DNA of 64,000 bases from Candidatus Latescibacterota bacterium. Its GTDB lineage: Bacteria > Latescibacterota > UBA2968 > UBA8231. Shown here in pieces: positions 29,227-38,869 of this stretch. The stretch is from positions 288,001 through 352,000 of the forward strand of contig CBDCSU010000004.1 of assembly GCA_965221775.1 (NCBI GenBank). Reading direction: 5' to 3'. Made by a program: the position numbers and the translations under genes. The notes under the pieces were generated by a model, which saw only the letters and a program-made list of their open reading frames with translations, had not been told where the DNA came from and ran no database searches. The number at the start of each line of letters is the position of its first letter. Positions within the stretch are counted from its first letter, which is position 1.

Positions 29227-29395
29227 CTGGCGGCTCCTGGCTGCAACAGGTGCGGTGAAGGGGTCGGAGGGCCGGGAAGATAGCCCGCCTTCCCAGGGGG
29301 CACAACGAGAAGCTCCGGTCGTCCGGAGCTCCGGAAATCTGGACACCTTCACACCTCCCCGATTACCTTTGCCCTCCCTCCACCGGGAGTCACGC

Positions 29396-30190
29396 GTGAG
29401 AATCGGACCTACCCAGATCATCCTGCCCGGCATGAGCCTCGATGACACCCTGGCCCTGTGCGTCGAGGCCGGGTACGACGCCGTAGAGCTCACCTTCACC
29501 GCCTCGGGCAAGGACCTCAACGTCGAGATGAGCGACGACGAGCTCCAGACGGTGTCGAGACGTTGCCGGGAGGCGGGGGTGACCATCGCCGCTTCGATCG
29601 CGCACTACGCCGAGCGCGGCAACCTGATGAGCCGCGACCCCACCGAGCGCCGGGCCTGCAGCCGCTGCCTGGCCCGCTCCGTGGAGATCGCCGGCCGGAT
29701 CGGCACCGACGCCGTGCTCCTGCACCCGGGACAGCTCGAGGCGGAAGGGACCTACGCCCAGGCCTGGGACGATCTCGTGGGCGCCTTGCGGGAGCTGGCG
29801 CCGCTGGCCGAGGGGCACCGGGCGGCGATCGCCGTCGAGAACGTGTGGAACAAGTTCATGCTGAGCCCGCGCGAGGCGGTGCAGCTCACCGACGAAGTCG
29901 GCAGCGACTGGGTGGGGATCTACCTCGATACGGCCAACATGATGGCCTACGGCCACCCCGAGCACTGGATCCGCGATCTCGGGAGCCGCATCCGCAAGGT
30001 GCATCTCAAGGACTTCGACCGCGGAGCAGGGCGCTTCGTCGACCTGATGGACGGCGACACCGACTGGCCGGTGGTGATCGCCGAGTTGCGCGCCGCCGGC
30101 TACGACGGCACCCTGATCCACGAGGTCGGCGGCGACCGGGCCAGGCAGATCGAGATGGCCGCGCGCATGCGCCGCATCGTCGCCGGCTGA
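29396..30190 (+). CDS. Sugar phosphate isomerase/epimerase (xylose-isomerase-like TIM barrel)
   Basis: AGYDAVE, AVENVWNKF, YLDTAN, VHLKD, GYDG. Confidence 0.88.
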   Translation: MRIGPTQIILPGMSLDDTLALCVEAGYDAVELTFTASGKDLNVEMSDDELQTVSRRCREAGVTIAASIAHYAERGNLMSRDPTERRACSRCLARSVEIAGRIGTDAVLLHPGQLEAEGTYAQAWDDLVGALRELAPLAEGHRAAIAVENVWNKFMLSPREAVQLTDEVGSDWVGIYLDTANMMAYGHPEHWIRDLGSRIRKVHLKDFDRGAGRFVDLMDGDTDWPVVIAELRAAGYDGTLIHEVGGDRARQIEMAARMRRIVAG

Positions 30191-30199
30191 GAGACGGCC

Positions 30200-30928
30200 A
30201 TGAGCGGCATCTACACGAGAAACTGGCGCGACTTCCAGCCGAAGATCGCCCACCTCAGCGCCGTCCACTGGGGCGGGCTGAGGGCCGTGGAGCGGGACTC
30301 CGGGGACGAGCGCGACCGGCTCACGCGGCTGGGTGGGTTCGCCCGGCACGCCCTGCAGGGCCGCAAGACCTCCGATCACCACAAGCACGAGAGCATGGAG
30401 CAGGTCTACTACGTGCTGTCGGGCGCGGGGGAGGTCCTCTACGACGGGAGCCGCTACGCCGTCGAGGCCGGAGACGCCATCTACCTGCCCTCCGGCGTCC
30501 ATCACCAGATGTTCAACGACGGCAGCGACGACTGGCTCGAGCACCACGTGATCTCGCAGCGGGTGGACGGCAACGGCGGCCGCTTCTGCGTGCGCCACTG
30601 GCGCCAGGCCTCCCCGGACGGCGACGGCGGCGGCGCCGTGCGCTGGCGCCAGCTGGATCCCGAGGACGGCGGCGGCCCGGGGGCCTGTCTGCGCGGCATG
30701 GCCTTCATCGAGCGCTGGGCCGTGCAGCCTCACAGCGCGAGCGCCGAGCACGTGGAGGAGGAGCTGGAGCAGGTCTGCTACGTGCTCGGCGGCCGTGGAG
30801 TCCTGCATGCCTCAGGATCGGAGCACCAGATCAGCGAGGGCGACATGGCCCACCTGCCTCCGGGCACCCGCCACGCCGTGCACAATCGGCACGACGATTG
30901 GCTCACCTTCCTGGTGATGGCGGCGTGA
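30200..30928 (+). CDS. Bicupin protein
   Basis: Two cupin repeats: HKHESMEQVYYVLSG...GDAIYLPSGVHH and EHVEEELEQVCYVLGG...GDMAHLPPGTRH. Confidence 0.85.
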   Translation: MSGIYTRNWRDFQPKIAHLSAVHWGGLRAVERDSGDERDRLTRLGGFARHALQGRKTSDHHKHESMEQVYYVLSGAGEVLYDGSRYAVEAGDAIYLPSGVHHQMFNDGSDDWLEHHVISQRVDGNGGRFCVRHWRQASPDGDGGGAVRWRQLDPEDGGGPGACLRGMAFIERWAVQPHSASAEHVEEELEQVCYVLGGRGVLHASGSEHQISEGDMAHLPPGTRHAVHNRHDDWLTFLVMAA

Positions 30929-30930
30929 GC

Positions 30931-31161
30931 ATGTCCACGGAGACGGCCGTGTTGCAGCGAACCCTCGAGAGCCTGATGGCCGCCATCCGCAGCGGCGATG
31001 GGGAGGCCCTGCGCCGGGACCTGGCCGCCGTCGACCGTCACCGCGACGCCCTGGGCGAGGACGCCCCGCCGATGCTCCGGCACTACCTCGAGAGGCGCAG
31101 CTACGAGAAGGCTCTCGCCTTTCTCGAAGGCGGTGACGAGAGCCCCGAGGCAGGGGGCTGA
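30931..31161 (+). CDS. Small hypothetical helical protein (76 aa)
   Basis: ATG 2 nt after the cupin stop; GC3-typical codons; MSTETAVLQRTLESLMAAI...LRHYLERRSYEKALAFLE. Confidence 0.7.
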   Translation: MSTETAVLQRTLESLMAAIRSGDGEALRRDLAAVDRHRDALGEDAPPMLRHYLERRSYEKALAFLEGGDESPEAGG

Positions 31162-31510
31162 GCGCCTTCGAGGGGCAGCCGCCCTGGCCCCCCGCCGCAC
31201 CGCCGGATCCCGCTGGCAGGACTTCTACGAGGTCATCGCCCGCATCCCCCGGGGACGCGTGGCCACCTACGGTCAGATCGCCAGTCTGGCGGGCCACCGC
31301 GGCCATGCCCGCCAGGTCGGGTATGCCCTGGCCGCCGCACCGGATACGCCCGACCTGCCCTGGCACCGCGTCATCAACGCCCGGGGGGAGGTCTCGCCGA
31401 GGGCCCGTTCCCAGGCTCACGGGTATCAGCAGGCGCTCTTGCAGGAGGAAGGGGTGGAGTTCGTGAATGGCCGCGTCGACCTGGGGCGCTACGGCTGGGA
31501 GGGCCGGTGA
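31133..31510 (+). CDS. Alkyltransferase-like protein (ATL/YbaZ, MGMT family)
   Basis: IPRGRVATYGQIA, ARQVG, PWHRVIN (Trp replaces the catalytic Cys, which defines ATL proteins). Start uncertain. Confidence 0.88.
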   Translation: MTRAPRQGAERLRGAAALAPRRTAGSRWQDFYEVIARIPRGRVATYGQIASLAGHRGHARQVGYALAAAPDTPDLPWHRVINARGEVSPRARSQAHGYQQALLQEEGVEFVNGRVDLGRYGWEGR

Positions 31511-32874
31511 GGTTCGGAATCCCGGCCGGCAGCCTGGACCGGCCGATTCTGCAGCTGGCGATCCCCGGTCTGCTCGCATCGGTTTCCGTACCCCTCATCG
31601 GCATCGCCGATACCGCCATGATCGGCCATCTCCCCGAGGTCGCTCTCCTCGGGGCGGTTGCCACGGCCAGCGTGCTTTTCGACGTCCTGTTCTGGGGCGC
31701 CGGCTTCCTGCGCATGGGGACGACTTCGATCGTCTCACAGCACCACGGCGCCGGCGACCGTTGCGGAAGCGCCGCCGCCCTCTTCCGGGCCCTGTTGCTC
31801 GCCGCCGTCATCGGCCTGCTCATCCTGACGATCCGTGGACCGGCCGCCGAGATCGGCTTTAGCCTCGTCGGTGGTTCCGAGCAGGTGCAACTGTGGGGAC
31901 GGCAGTACTTCGACATCCGTGTTCTCGGCGTGCCCCTGGTGCTGGGCACCATGGTCCTCAACGGCTTCTTCCTCGGATCGGCCAATGCCTGGGCCCCTCT
32001 CGTGGTGACGGTGGTGACCAATCTGGTGAACATCGTGGCCGACTACGCCTTGATCTTTGGCCACTGGGGGGCGCCGGAGCTGGGGGTGATCGGTGCGGCC
32101 TGGGCGTCGGTGGCAGCCGCCGCCACCGGCTTCGCCCTGGGGGTGTCCGTCCTCCTGGCCTTCTATCGAGCGACGGTCTTCTCCTCCAGGCCCAAGGCGT
32201 TCTTCGACCCCGGCAGGCTCAGGCACATGCTCTCCACCAACCTCAACCTCTGCGGCCGCACCCTGTGCCTGCTGGCCGCCCAGTTCCTCCTGGTGGCCCT
32301 GGTGGCCCGCATGGGCGAGGTACCGCTGGCGGCGCACGCCGTGGTCTGGCAGCTGTGGTCCCTGGTCAGCTACGGAGTCGACGGCTTCGCCCACGCCGCC
32401 GAAGCCCTCGTCGGCAACCGTCTCGGTGCCGGGGATCGGCTGGCGGCCCGGCACTACGCCCGCCGAATCCTCCTCTGGGGGGCCGCGATCGGACTGCTCT
32501 TCAGCGGCATCTACGCCGTCGGCCTAGAGCGGATCGCCGGCTGGTTCACGCCCCATGCCGAGGTCGTCGCCGCCGTCGCCTCGCTGACGGTGCTGGTCGC
32601 CGTCGTGCAGCCCCTGAATGCGCTGGTCTTCGTCCTCGACGGGATCTTCATCGGGGCCAACGATTCGGCCTACCTCTTCCGGGCCATGGCCCTGGCCGCC
32701 TTCGCCGGCTTCGCGCCCGCCGCGATCCTCCTGGTGATCGTCCTCGAAGGCGGACTGGTCGCGGCATGGGGCGCCTACATCGTCCTCATGCTCGGACGCT
32801 TCCTGCCCCTGGCCCGGCGCTACCGCGGCAGGGCCTGGCAGCGCACCTTTCTGTCCACTTCCACGGGAGTCTGA
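31507..32874 (+). CDS. MATE family efflux transporter (DinF-like)
   Basis: LAIP...PLIGIADTAMIGH, FLRMGTT, DGFAHAAEALVG, LDGIFIG. Confidence 0.92.
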   Translation: MRFGIPAGSLDRPILQLAIPGLLASVSVPLIGIADTAMIGHLPEVALLGAVATASVLFDVLFWGAGFLRMGTTSIVSQHHGAGDRCGSAAALFRALLLAAVIGLLILTIRGPAAEIGFSLVGGSEQVQLWGRQYFDIRVLGVPLVLGTMVLNGFFLGSANAWAPLVVTVVTNLVNIVADYALIFGHWGAPELGVIGAAWASVAAAATGFALGVSVLLAFYRATVFSSRPKAFFDPGRLRHMLSTNLNLCGRTLCLLAAQFLLVALVARMGEVPLAAHAVVWQLWSLVSYGVDGFAHAAEALVGNRLGAGDRLAARHYARRILLWGAAIGLLFSGIYAVGLERIAGWFTPHAEVVAAVASLTVLVAVVQPLNALVFVLDGIFIGANDSAYLFRAMALAAFAGFAPAAILLVIVLEGGLVAAWGAYIVLMLGRFLPLARRYRGRAWQRTFLSTSTGV

Positions 32875-32875
32875 C

Positions 32876-33250
32876 ATGTCCTTCTTCCAAGTCGACGATC
32901 TGCCCCGGCTCGAGCTCTTCCCGAAGGCCCTGAGCGGCATCGTGCAGGGCGAGCACCTGATGTTGTCCTTCCTCGAGTTGGCCCCGGGCTGCAGGATCCC
33001 GGAGCACAGTCATCCCCACGAGCAGGCCGGACTCGTGCTGTCGGGGAGGCTCCGGTTCCGCATCGGCGAGGAGGAGCGCGTCTCCGGTGCCGGGGATGCC
33101 TTCCTGGTTCCGCCGAACGTCGTCCACGAGGGAGGGGTGGTCGGAGACGAGGCCTGCCGGGTCCTCGACATCTTCAGCCCGCCCCGCGAGGACTACGCCG
33201 ACCGCTACAACCGCTACACGGAGACTTCGCAGGAGACCCGCTGGCGCTGA
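32876..33250 (+). CDS. Cupin domain protein (KdgF-like)
   Basis: PEHSHPHEQAG, PPNVVH, LDIFSPPREDY. Confidence 0.88.
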   Translation: MSFFQVDDLPRLELFPKALSGIVQGEHLMLSFLELAPGCRIPEHSHPHEQAGLVLSGRLRFRIGEEERVSGAGDAFLVPPNVVHEGGVVGDEACRVLDIFSPPREDYADRYNRYTETSQETRWR

Positions 33251-33327
33251 GCAGGCCCAGGCCCGTGCGTATTGTGCGCCCCCTGAACGTGGAGGATTCA
33301 CCGGACCGCCAACAAGGAGATCCCGCC

Positions 33328-34275
33328 TTGAGCACCCGAGAGCTGACCGCAGCCGACTGCCGCGACGTCCTCGTCGTGGCCATCACACCCCGTGAACCCG
33401 ATGGCTCCGTCGACCTGGCCGGCGTGGGCCGCAACGTGCGGTATCTCACCGACAACGGCGCCCGCTTCCTGATGCCCATGTGCGGCACGGGCCTGGTCTA
33501 CGACGCCACCCTGGACGAGTTCGAGAGCGTCACCGGCGCCTTCGCCGACGCCGCCGACGGACGCGCCCTGGTGGTCCCCGGCATCGGCCCGGGGTACGGC
33601 CGGGCCCTGGAGATGGCGGGCATCGCCCGCGGTCTGGGCGTGGCCGGCGCCATGATCATGCCCATCGTCGGCCCGGCCTCGGCGGGGGGAGTGTCCGAGG
33701 GCCTGGCCCGCATCGCCGGCGCCGCGGGCTTCCCGGTAATCCTGTACCAGCGCCGGCTCGACATCATGCCGGTGGACCGCGTCGTCGACCTGTGCCACCG
33801 CGACGACGTGGTGGGGCTGAAGTACGCCGTGGATGACGTGCACGCCTTCTGCCGCATCGCCGACGGCGCCGGGGCGGCGTGCGCCATGGTCTGCGGCATG
33901 GCCGAGGATCCCAGCGTGGAGTACCTCCAGGCCGGGGCGGTCGGCTTCAGCTCGGGAATGGCCAACTTCGTCCCCCGCATGAGCCTCCATCTGCTCTCCG
34001 CCTTTCACCGGGGCGAGGTGGAGGAGGCGGAGCGCCTGCGCAGGCTCATGGTGCCCTTCGAGGATCTCCGCGGGGAGAACGGGGCCCGCTACTCCGGCTC
34101 CGCCCTGCACGCAGCCATGGAATACGCCGGCCTCGCCGGCGGCCCCGTGATCCCCTTTGCCGAGGACGTGGAGGCCGCGGACCTGCCGCGGGTCCACGGG
34201 CTGATGGACCTTCTCCTGGCGGAGGAGACCCGCCTGCAGGGGGACTCGATCGCCGCCGGGGGCGGAGCTTCATGA
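33328..34275 (+). CDS. Dihydrodipicolinate synthase family (5-dehydro-4-deoxyglucarate dehydratase-like)
   Basis: AAGGAG then TTG; ITP..DGSVD, CGTG, ILYQR, GLKY (Schiff-base Lys), GFSSGMANF. Confidence 0.82.
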   Translation: MSTRELTAADCRDVLVVAITPREPDGSVDLAGVGRNVRYLTDNGARFLMPMCGTGLVYDATLDEFESVTGAFADAADGRALVVPGIGPGYGRALEMAGIARGLGVAGAMIMPIVGPASAGGVSEGLARIAGAAGFPVILYQRRLDIMPVDRVVDLCHRDDVVGLKYAVDDVHAFCRIADGAGAACAMVCGMAEDPSVEYLQAGAVGFSSGMANFVPRMSLHLLSAFHRGEVEEAERLRRLMVPFEDLRGENGARYSGSALHAAMEYAGLAGGPVIPFAEDVEAADLPRVHGLMDLLLAEETRLQGDSIAAGGGAS

Positions 34276-35390
34276 GCGGAGGCGCCCCCCCGGTACGGGT
34301 CGCCCTGATCGGTCTCGGCGGCGTCTGCTCGAGCGTCCACTACCCCGGCCTGTCCCGCATCCCCGGGGTGGAGATCACCGCCCTCTGCGACGTGGACCGG
34401 GAGCAACTCGCCCTCCGCGCCGAGGAGTGGGGCGTCGAGAGCTGCCACGCCGGCCTGGACGACCTCGCCAGCGCTGCCGACGTGGACGCGGCGGTCATCG
34501 CCACTCCGAATCACCAGCACCGCCAGTTGATCGAGGGCGCTCTCGGAGCCGGCTTCCACGTCTTGTGCGAGAAGCCGCTGGGGATGGACCTGGCCGAGGC
34601 CGTGGCGATCTACCGCCAAGCCGCCGCTTCGGGCCGCCGGCACATGACCGCCTTCACCTACCGCTTCGTGCCGGCCATGGCCTACCTGAAGTCGCTAGTG
34701 GAGGCCGGAGAGCTCGGCCGGATCCGGCACGCACGGGTCCAGAGGCTCCAGGACTGGGGGGAGAGGGTCATCGGCTGGCGCCAGTACCGCCGGCTGGCGG
34801 GACTGGGCGAACTGGGGGACATGGGCATCCACCGCATCGACTACGCCGAGGATCTGATGGGACCCATGCGATCGGTCTGCGCGTCGATGAAGCAGCTCGT
34901 GCCCCGTGACCGAACCGGCGACGGCCAGCCTTGCCCACCCCAGGACGTCGAGGACTGGGTCGCCTGGATCGCCGAGTTCCAGAGCGGCGCCACCGGCGTC
35001 TTCGAGATGGGCAAGCTCTCCAAGGGGCGCGGTCCCCTGGGGGACCACGACCTGGCGGAGATCAACGGCACGGAGGCCTCTGCCGTCTACCAGTTGCACC
35101 GACCCCACGAGATCCTCTTTGCCGAGAGGGGAGAGCCCTACCGGGTTCGCCCGGTTCCTCCGGCTTTCCTCACGCGTCCGGGTTCGCCCCGGGATCCCGC
35201 ACAGGGGGATCCGACCGTCACCTTCCGCTACGACCAGGCGTGGGAGTTCATCAGCGCCATCCGCGAGGAGAGGGAGTGCGTGCCTTCCTTCTACCACGGC
35301 ACGCGGGCCCAGGCGGTGGCCGAAGCGGTGGTGGAGGCCTCCCGCGAGCGCCGGTGGGTGGATGTCCAGGAGATCCCCGCTCCGGCGTGA
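34272..35390 (+). CDS. Gfo/Idh/MocA family oxidoreductase
   Basis: VALIGLG, ATPNHQH, HVLCEKP, GDMGIHRID. Confidence 0.92.
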   Translation: MSGGAPPVRVALIGLGGVCSSVHYPGLSRIPGVEITALCDVDREQLALRAEEWGVESCHAGLDDLASAADVDAAVIATPNHQHRQLIEGALGAGFHVLCEKPLGMDLAEAVAIYRQAAASGRRHMTAFTYRFVPAMAYLKSLVEAGELGRIRHARVQRLQDWGERVIGWRQYRRLAGLGELGDMGIHRIDYAEDLMGPMRSVCASMKQLVPRDRTGDGQPCPPQDVEDWVAWIAEFQSGATGVFEMGKLSKGRGPLGDHDLAEINGTEASAVYQLHRPHEILFAERGEPYRVRPVPPAFLTRPGSPRDPAQGDPTVTFRYDQAWEFISAIREERECVPSFYHGTRAQAVAEAVVEASRERRWVDVQEIPAPA

Positions 35391-35410
35391 GCAGACCCGC
35401 CGTCGACCCG

Positions 35411-36958
35411 CTACGGCCGTCGACCGAAGCGTCCACGGCCCAGGGCCCAGGCCCCGAGGACGGCGGCACTCAGCAGGAACACCCAGTCCCCCCAGCGAGC
35501 ATAGAGCGTCGATTCATCCCGAGGCTGCACCCGCGCCGCGATCGTCTCCGTCTCCAGGAGCCGGGTCCTTTCCCGGATCCGCCCGCTCGGTTCGATGATG
35601 CAGGAGATCCCCGTGTTGGCCGCCCGCAGGACCGGGCGGCCGGTCTCCACGGCGCGCAGCACGCACATGGCCAAGTGCTGCATCGGAGCCGCGGAGGTTC
35701 CGAACCAAGCATCGTTGGTGGTGTTCACCAGGAGGGTGGCTCCCCTTGCCGCGAGAGTCCGCGGAATCGAGGGGAAGATCGACTCATAGCAGATGAAGAC
35801 GCCCAGCTCCGCCTCCACTCCCGGCAGTGGCAGCACCCGGTGATCCTCCCCGGGATCGAACCGCCCGCTGTGCACGGTCAGCTCCCGGAGATAGCCGAAG
35901 ATCCGGGGCAGGGGGAGGAACTCGCCGAAGGGCACCAGGTGGACCTTGTCCACCGAGCCGATGACGGTCCCCTCCCGGCCGATGAGGAAGGAGCGGTTGT
36001 AGATCCCTGGCTGCCCCGAGGCGGAAAGGGACCCGAGGCTGCCAACCAGCAGGCGGCTCCCCGTGTCGCGGGCGAGTTCCTCGACCTGCCGCCGATGGTG
36101 CCGGTTCGCCTCCGTGTCGAGGCGGAAGGGAAGGGCCGTCTCCGGCCACAGGATGAGGTCCAGGGGGCCTTTCTCCCGCACCAGCGCGCGGGTCAACCCG
36201 CTGTAGTGGTCCGTCGCCGAGCGGACTCCCGGCCCCAGCCACTTCTCGCCCTGGGACACGTTGCCCTGGACGATGCCGACCCGCAGGGTCCGGGGGGATG
36301 TCTCCGCTTCCATACCGCCGAGCCGTACGAAACCCGCTGCCACGGAGAGTGACACAAGGAGTCCCGCCGGCATCAGGGAGCGCGGTCGGACGGATGGCTG
36401 GACGATGGCCTGCGCCGCCGCGGCGTTGACAAGAACGATGAGGAAGGTGATGCCGTGGACCCCGGTCACCGCGGCCACCTGGGCCACGGCCGGGTAGCGG
36501 TACTGGGTATAGCCGAGCAGCTCCCAGGGAAACCCGCTGAGCATCCAGGTCTGCACCCAGTCCAGCAGCGTCCACTGGCAGGCCGCGAGCCACGGGAAGG
36601 CGCTGGAGGTGAGCGGCAGGCGCCGGCAGAGCAGCAGGAACAGCACCGGGTACGCCGCCATGTACAGGATGAGGAGGACCGTCGTCAGGCAGGCGAGAGG
36701 GAAGCCGAGGCCGCCGTAGAGCTGCAAGGTCTCGGCGACCCAGTAGGCGCGGCCCAAGCCGGAGACCAGACCGAGGGAGAGGCCGGCCACGGCCGCCTGC
36801 CTCGGGCCGAGGGGGCGGCCGGATCTGCCGCCGAGGACGAGGATGAGGCAGGGGACCAGGCAACCCCAAGCGACCCACCCCTGGTCGGCCTTGGGCAGGG
36901 CCAGCCAGTAGAGCAGGCCGCTCCCGGCGCCAACGAGGGCGCTGACGCCGGAGGACAC
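35411..36958 (-). CDS. lnt: Apolipoprotein N-acyltransferase
   Basis: GFPW, VQGN, WPETA, KVHLVPFGE, ICYE, TNDAWFG, RAVE, RAANTGIS. Confidence 0.95.
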   Translation of the reverse strand: MSSGVSALVGAGSGLLYWLALPKADQGWVAWGCLVPCLILVLGGRSGRPLGPRQAAVAGLSLGLVSGLGRAYWVAETLQLYGGLGFPLACLTTVLLILYMAAYPVLFLLLCRRLPLTSSAFPWLAACQWTLLDWVQTWMLSGFPWELLGYTQYRYPAVAQVAAVTGVHGITFLIVLVNAAAAQAIVQPSVRPRSLMPAGLLVSLSVAAGFVRLGGMEAETSPRTLRVGIVQGNVSQGEKWLGPGVRSATDHYSGLTRALVREKGPLDLILWPETALPFRLDTEANRHHRRQVEELARDTGSRLLVGSLGSLSASGQPGIYNRSFLIGREGTVIGSVDKVHLVPFGEFLPLPRIFGYLRELTVHSGRFDPGEDHRVLPLPGVEAELGVFICYESIFPSIPRTLAARGATLLVNTTNDAWFGTSAAPMQHLAMCVLRAVETGRPVLRAANTGISCIIEPSGRIRERTRLLETETIAARVQPRDESTLYARWGDWVFLLSAAVLGAWALGRGRFGRRP

Positions 36959-37287
36959 TACAACTCCAGATACTCGACCAGAGGCTCGCGCAGCTTTTCG
37001 AGGGCCCCCCCTTCGAGATCCCTGACCTCCTGGCGAGACAGCTGCAGTCGGGCTGCCACGGCGCCGGGGGAGCGTTTCTCCTGGTAGCGCAGCTTCACCA
37101 CTTCGAGCTCCCTGGAGTTCAGCCGCTCCAGGGCGCCGGAGACGACCTGGCGCAGCTCCTGGCTCTCCACCAGATCGAGGGGGGAGTCGGGCAGGAGCAG
37201 GGAGATGAACCGTTCGTCCAAGGGCACCCGGCCGGTGGGTCCGGCGCCCGTGGGGAGATCCTGGGAGATGCGGTCAAATCTCGACAT
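36958..37287 (-). CDS. Stand-alone sigma-70 region 4 (HTH) domain protein
   Basis: GGAGG RBS; ALERLNSRELEVVKLRY...VAARLQLSRQEVRDLEGGALEKLR matches the sigma-70 region 4 pattern; no region 2. Confidence 0.78.
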   Translation of the reverse strand: MSRFDRISQDLPTGAGPTGRVPLDERFISLLLPDSPLDLVESQELRQVVSGALERLNSRELEVVKLRYQEKRSPGAVAARLQLSRQEVRDLEGGALEKLREPLVEYLEL

Positions 37288-37305
37288 GTCCCTCCTGGAG
37301 CAGAC

Positions 37306-37336
37306 AAAAAAACAGGGAGCCGTTTCCGACTCCCTG
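37306..37336 (-). terminator. Intrinsic terminator after the tRNA
   Basis: Minus strand reads CAGGGAGTCG-GAAA-CGGCTCCCTG followed by T7. Confidence 0.88.
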
Positions 37337-37344
37337 ATCGGTTA

Positions 37345-37421
<77 letters not shown>

Positions 37422-37431
37422 ACACACATGG

Positions 37432-37459
37432 AATATATGGCCTGGGGGCGCGGATGCAA
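37432..37459 (-). promoter_or_regulatory. Sigma-70-type promoter for the tRNA
   Basis: TTGCAT-16 nt-TATATT ending 10 nt before the tRNA 5' end. Confidence 0.7.
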
Positions 37460-37467
37460 CCCCGTCG

Positions 37468-38802
37468 TCACTCCCGCGCATCCGGCGGGGACTCGGCAGG
37501 AGCGGAGTCTCCGTTCGGGAGCCGCTGCATCTGCACCTCCGAAATCCGCTGCCCATCGACGGCCAGAATGGTGATCTCGAAGCCAGGGACGAGGATCGAC
37601 TGGCCGGCGCCCGGCACATGACCCAGGTGGTCATAGATGAAGCCTCCCAAGGTGTCGAAGCCGTCGCTCGGAAGGTCGGAGTCCAGTAGTTCGTTCAGTT
37701 CCTCGATATTGATGCGCGGATTGACGATCAGCACCTCGTCGGGCTGCCAGCGGTACAGGGTCTCCTCGGCGTCGTACTCGTCCTGCAGCTCGCCGACGAT
37801 CTCCTCCACGAGGTCCTCGGTGGTCACCAGCCCGGCGGTGCCTCCGTACTCGTCGACGACGATGGCCAACCGGGTCCGGGCCTGGCGCAGGTCGCGCAGC
37901 AACTGATCGATCTTCCGGGTCTCAGGCACGTAGAAGGGCTCGTGCAGCAGTTGGATCCCCTCGCCGTCCCCGGTGGGAACCTCGTCCAGAAGCCGGCGCA
38001 TGGGAGAGGCGCCGTCGACGGCGTTCGGCCCATCGAGGAGCCGCAGGAGATCCTTGGCGTAGAGGATGCCGCGGATCGAGTCGAGGGACTCCTCGTATAC
38101 GGGGACGCGGGAATGGCCCTGGTCACGGATCGTGCTCAACAGGTCGGCCACGCTTCCACCGATCTCCACGGCGGTGATGTCGACGCGCGGCACCATCACC
38201 TCTCGAACCACCCGGTCGTGGAAGCCGAAGACCCCCTGGATCATGTCGCGCTCGCCCTCCTCCAGTACGCCGGTCTCGCCTTCCGAGTCGACCAGGCTGC
38301 GAAGCTCCTCCTCCTTCTGCGCCTTGAACTCCTCGTCGGAGTAGTCGACGGCGGCGATGCGCTGTACCACCGCCGCCAGGGGGCCGAGGAGGAGGTGAAG
38401 AGGGACGTACAGCAGGGTCAGTGCCGGGATCCGGGGTTCCTCGCCTTCTGGCTCGAAACGGACGCGCCGCGCCGTGGAGGCGAGGAGCAGGCAGAGGGAA
38501 GCGGCGGCCGTCACCGCCAGCGCCGACCACTTCGCGTCGAGGTGGAAGCGAAGCAGGTAGTAGAGCGCCAGGGTTAGAGCGACCGTGCAGAATCCCTGGC
38601 CGAGGCGGGAGATCAGCAGGAGGCGGTAGCGCGGCTCGTGGACACGCAGCATCCGGTTGGCGCGAGGCACGCCGGCGTCTCGCATCTTCTCCAGGGAGGA
38701 ACGTGGAAGGACACCCAGGGTCGCCTCATAGCTGGCGAGGACAAAGAGCGCCGCAGAGGAGAGGATGGTCAGGGTGAGTGCGGCTATTTGGGGAGGTTCC
38801 AA
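37468..38802 (-). CDS. Hemolysin/CorC family CBS-domain membrane protein
   Basis: N-terminal TM region, VREVMVPRVDI, HSRVPVY, LAIVVDEYGGTAGLVTTEDLVEEIVGE, DTLGGFI. The TTG start is tentative. Confidence 0.88.
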   Translation of the reverse strand: MEPPQIAALTLTILSSAALFVLASYEATLGVLPRSSLEKMRDAGVPRANRMLRVHEPRYRLLLISRLGQGFCTVALTLALYYLLRFHLDAKWSALAVTAAASLCLLLASTARRVRFEPEGEEPRIPALTLLYVPLHLLLGPLAAVVQRIAAVDYSDEEFKAQKEEELRSLVDSEGETGVLEEGERDMIQGVFGFHDRVVREVMVPRVDITAVEIGGSVADLLSTIRDQGHSRVPVYEESLDSIRGILYAKDLLRLLDGPNAVDGASPMRRLLDEVPTGDGEGIQLLHEPFYVPETRKIDQLLRDLRQARTRLAIVVDEYGGTAGLVTTEDLVEEIVGELQDEYDAEETLYRWQPDEVLIVNPRINIEELNELLDSDLPSDGFDTLGGFIYDHLGHVPGAGQSILVPGFEITILAVDGQRISEVQMQRLPNGDSAPAESPPDARE

Positions 38803-38869
38803 GAAACGGCTCTCCCACTCCTTTCTGAAAAACAGCCCGCCAGGACTGTCGGCTGGAAATGCACTGAGG

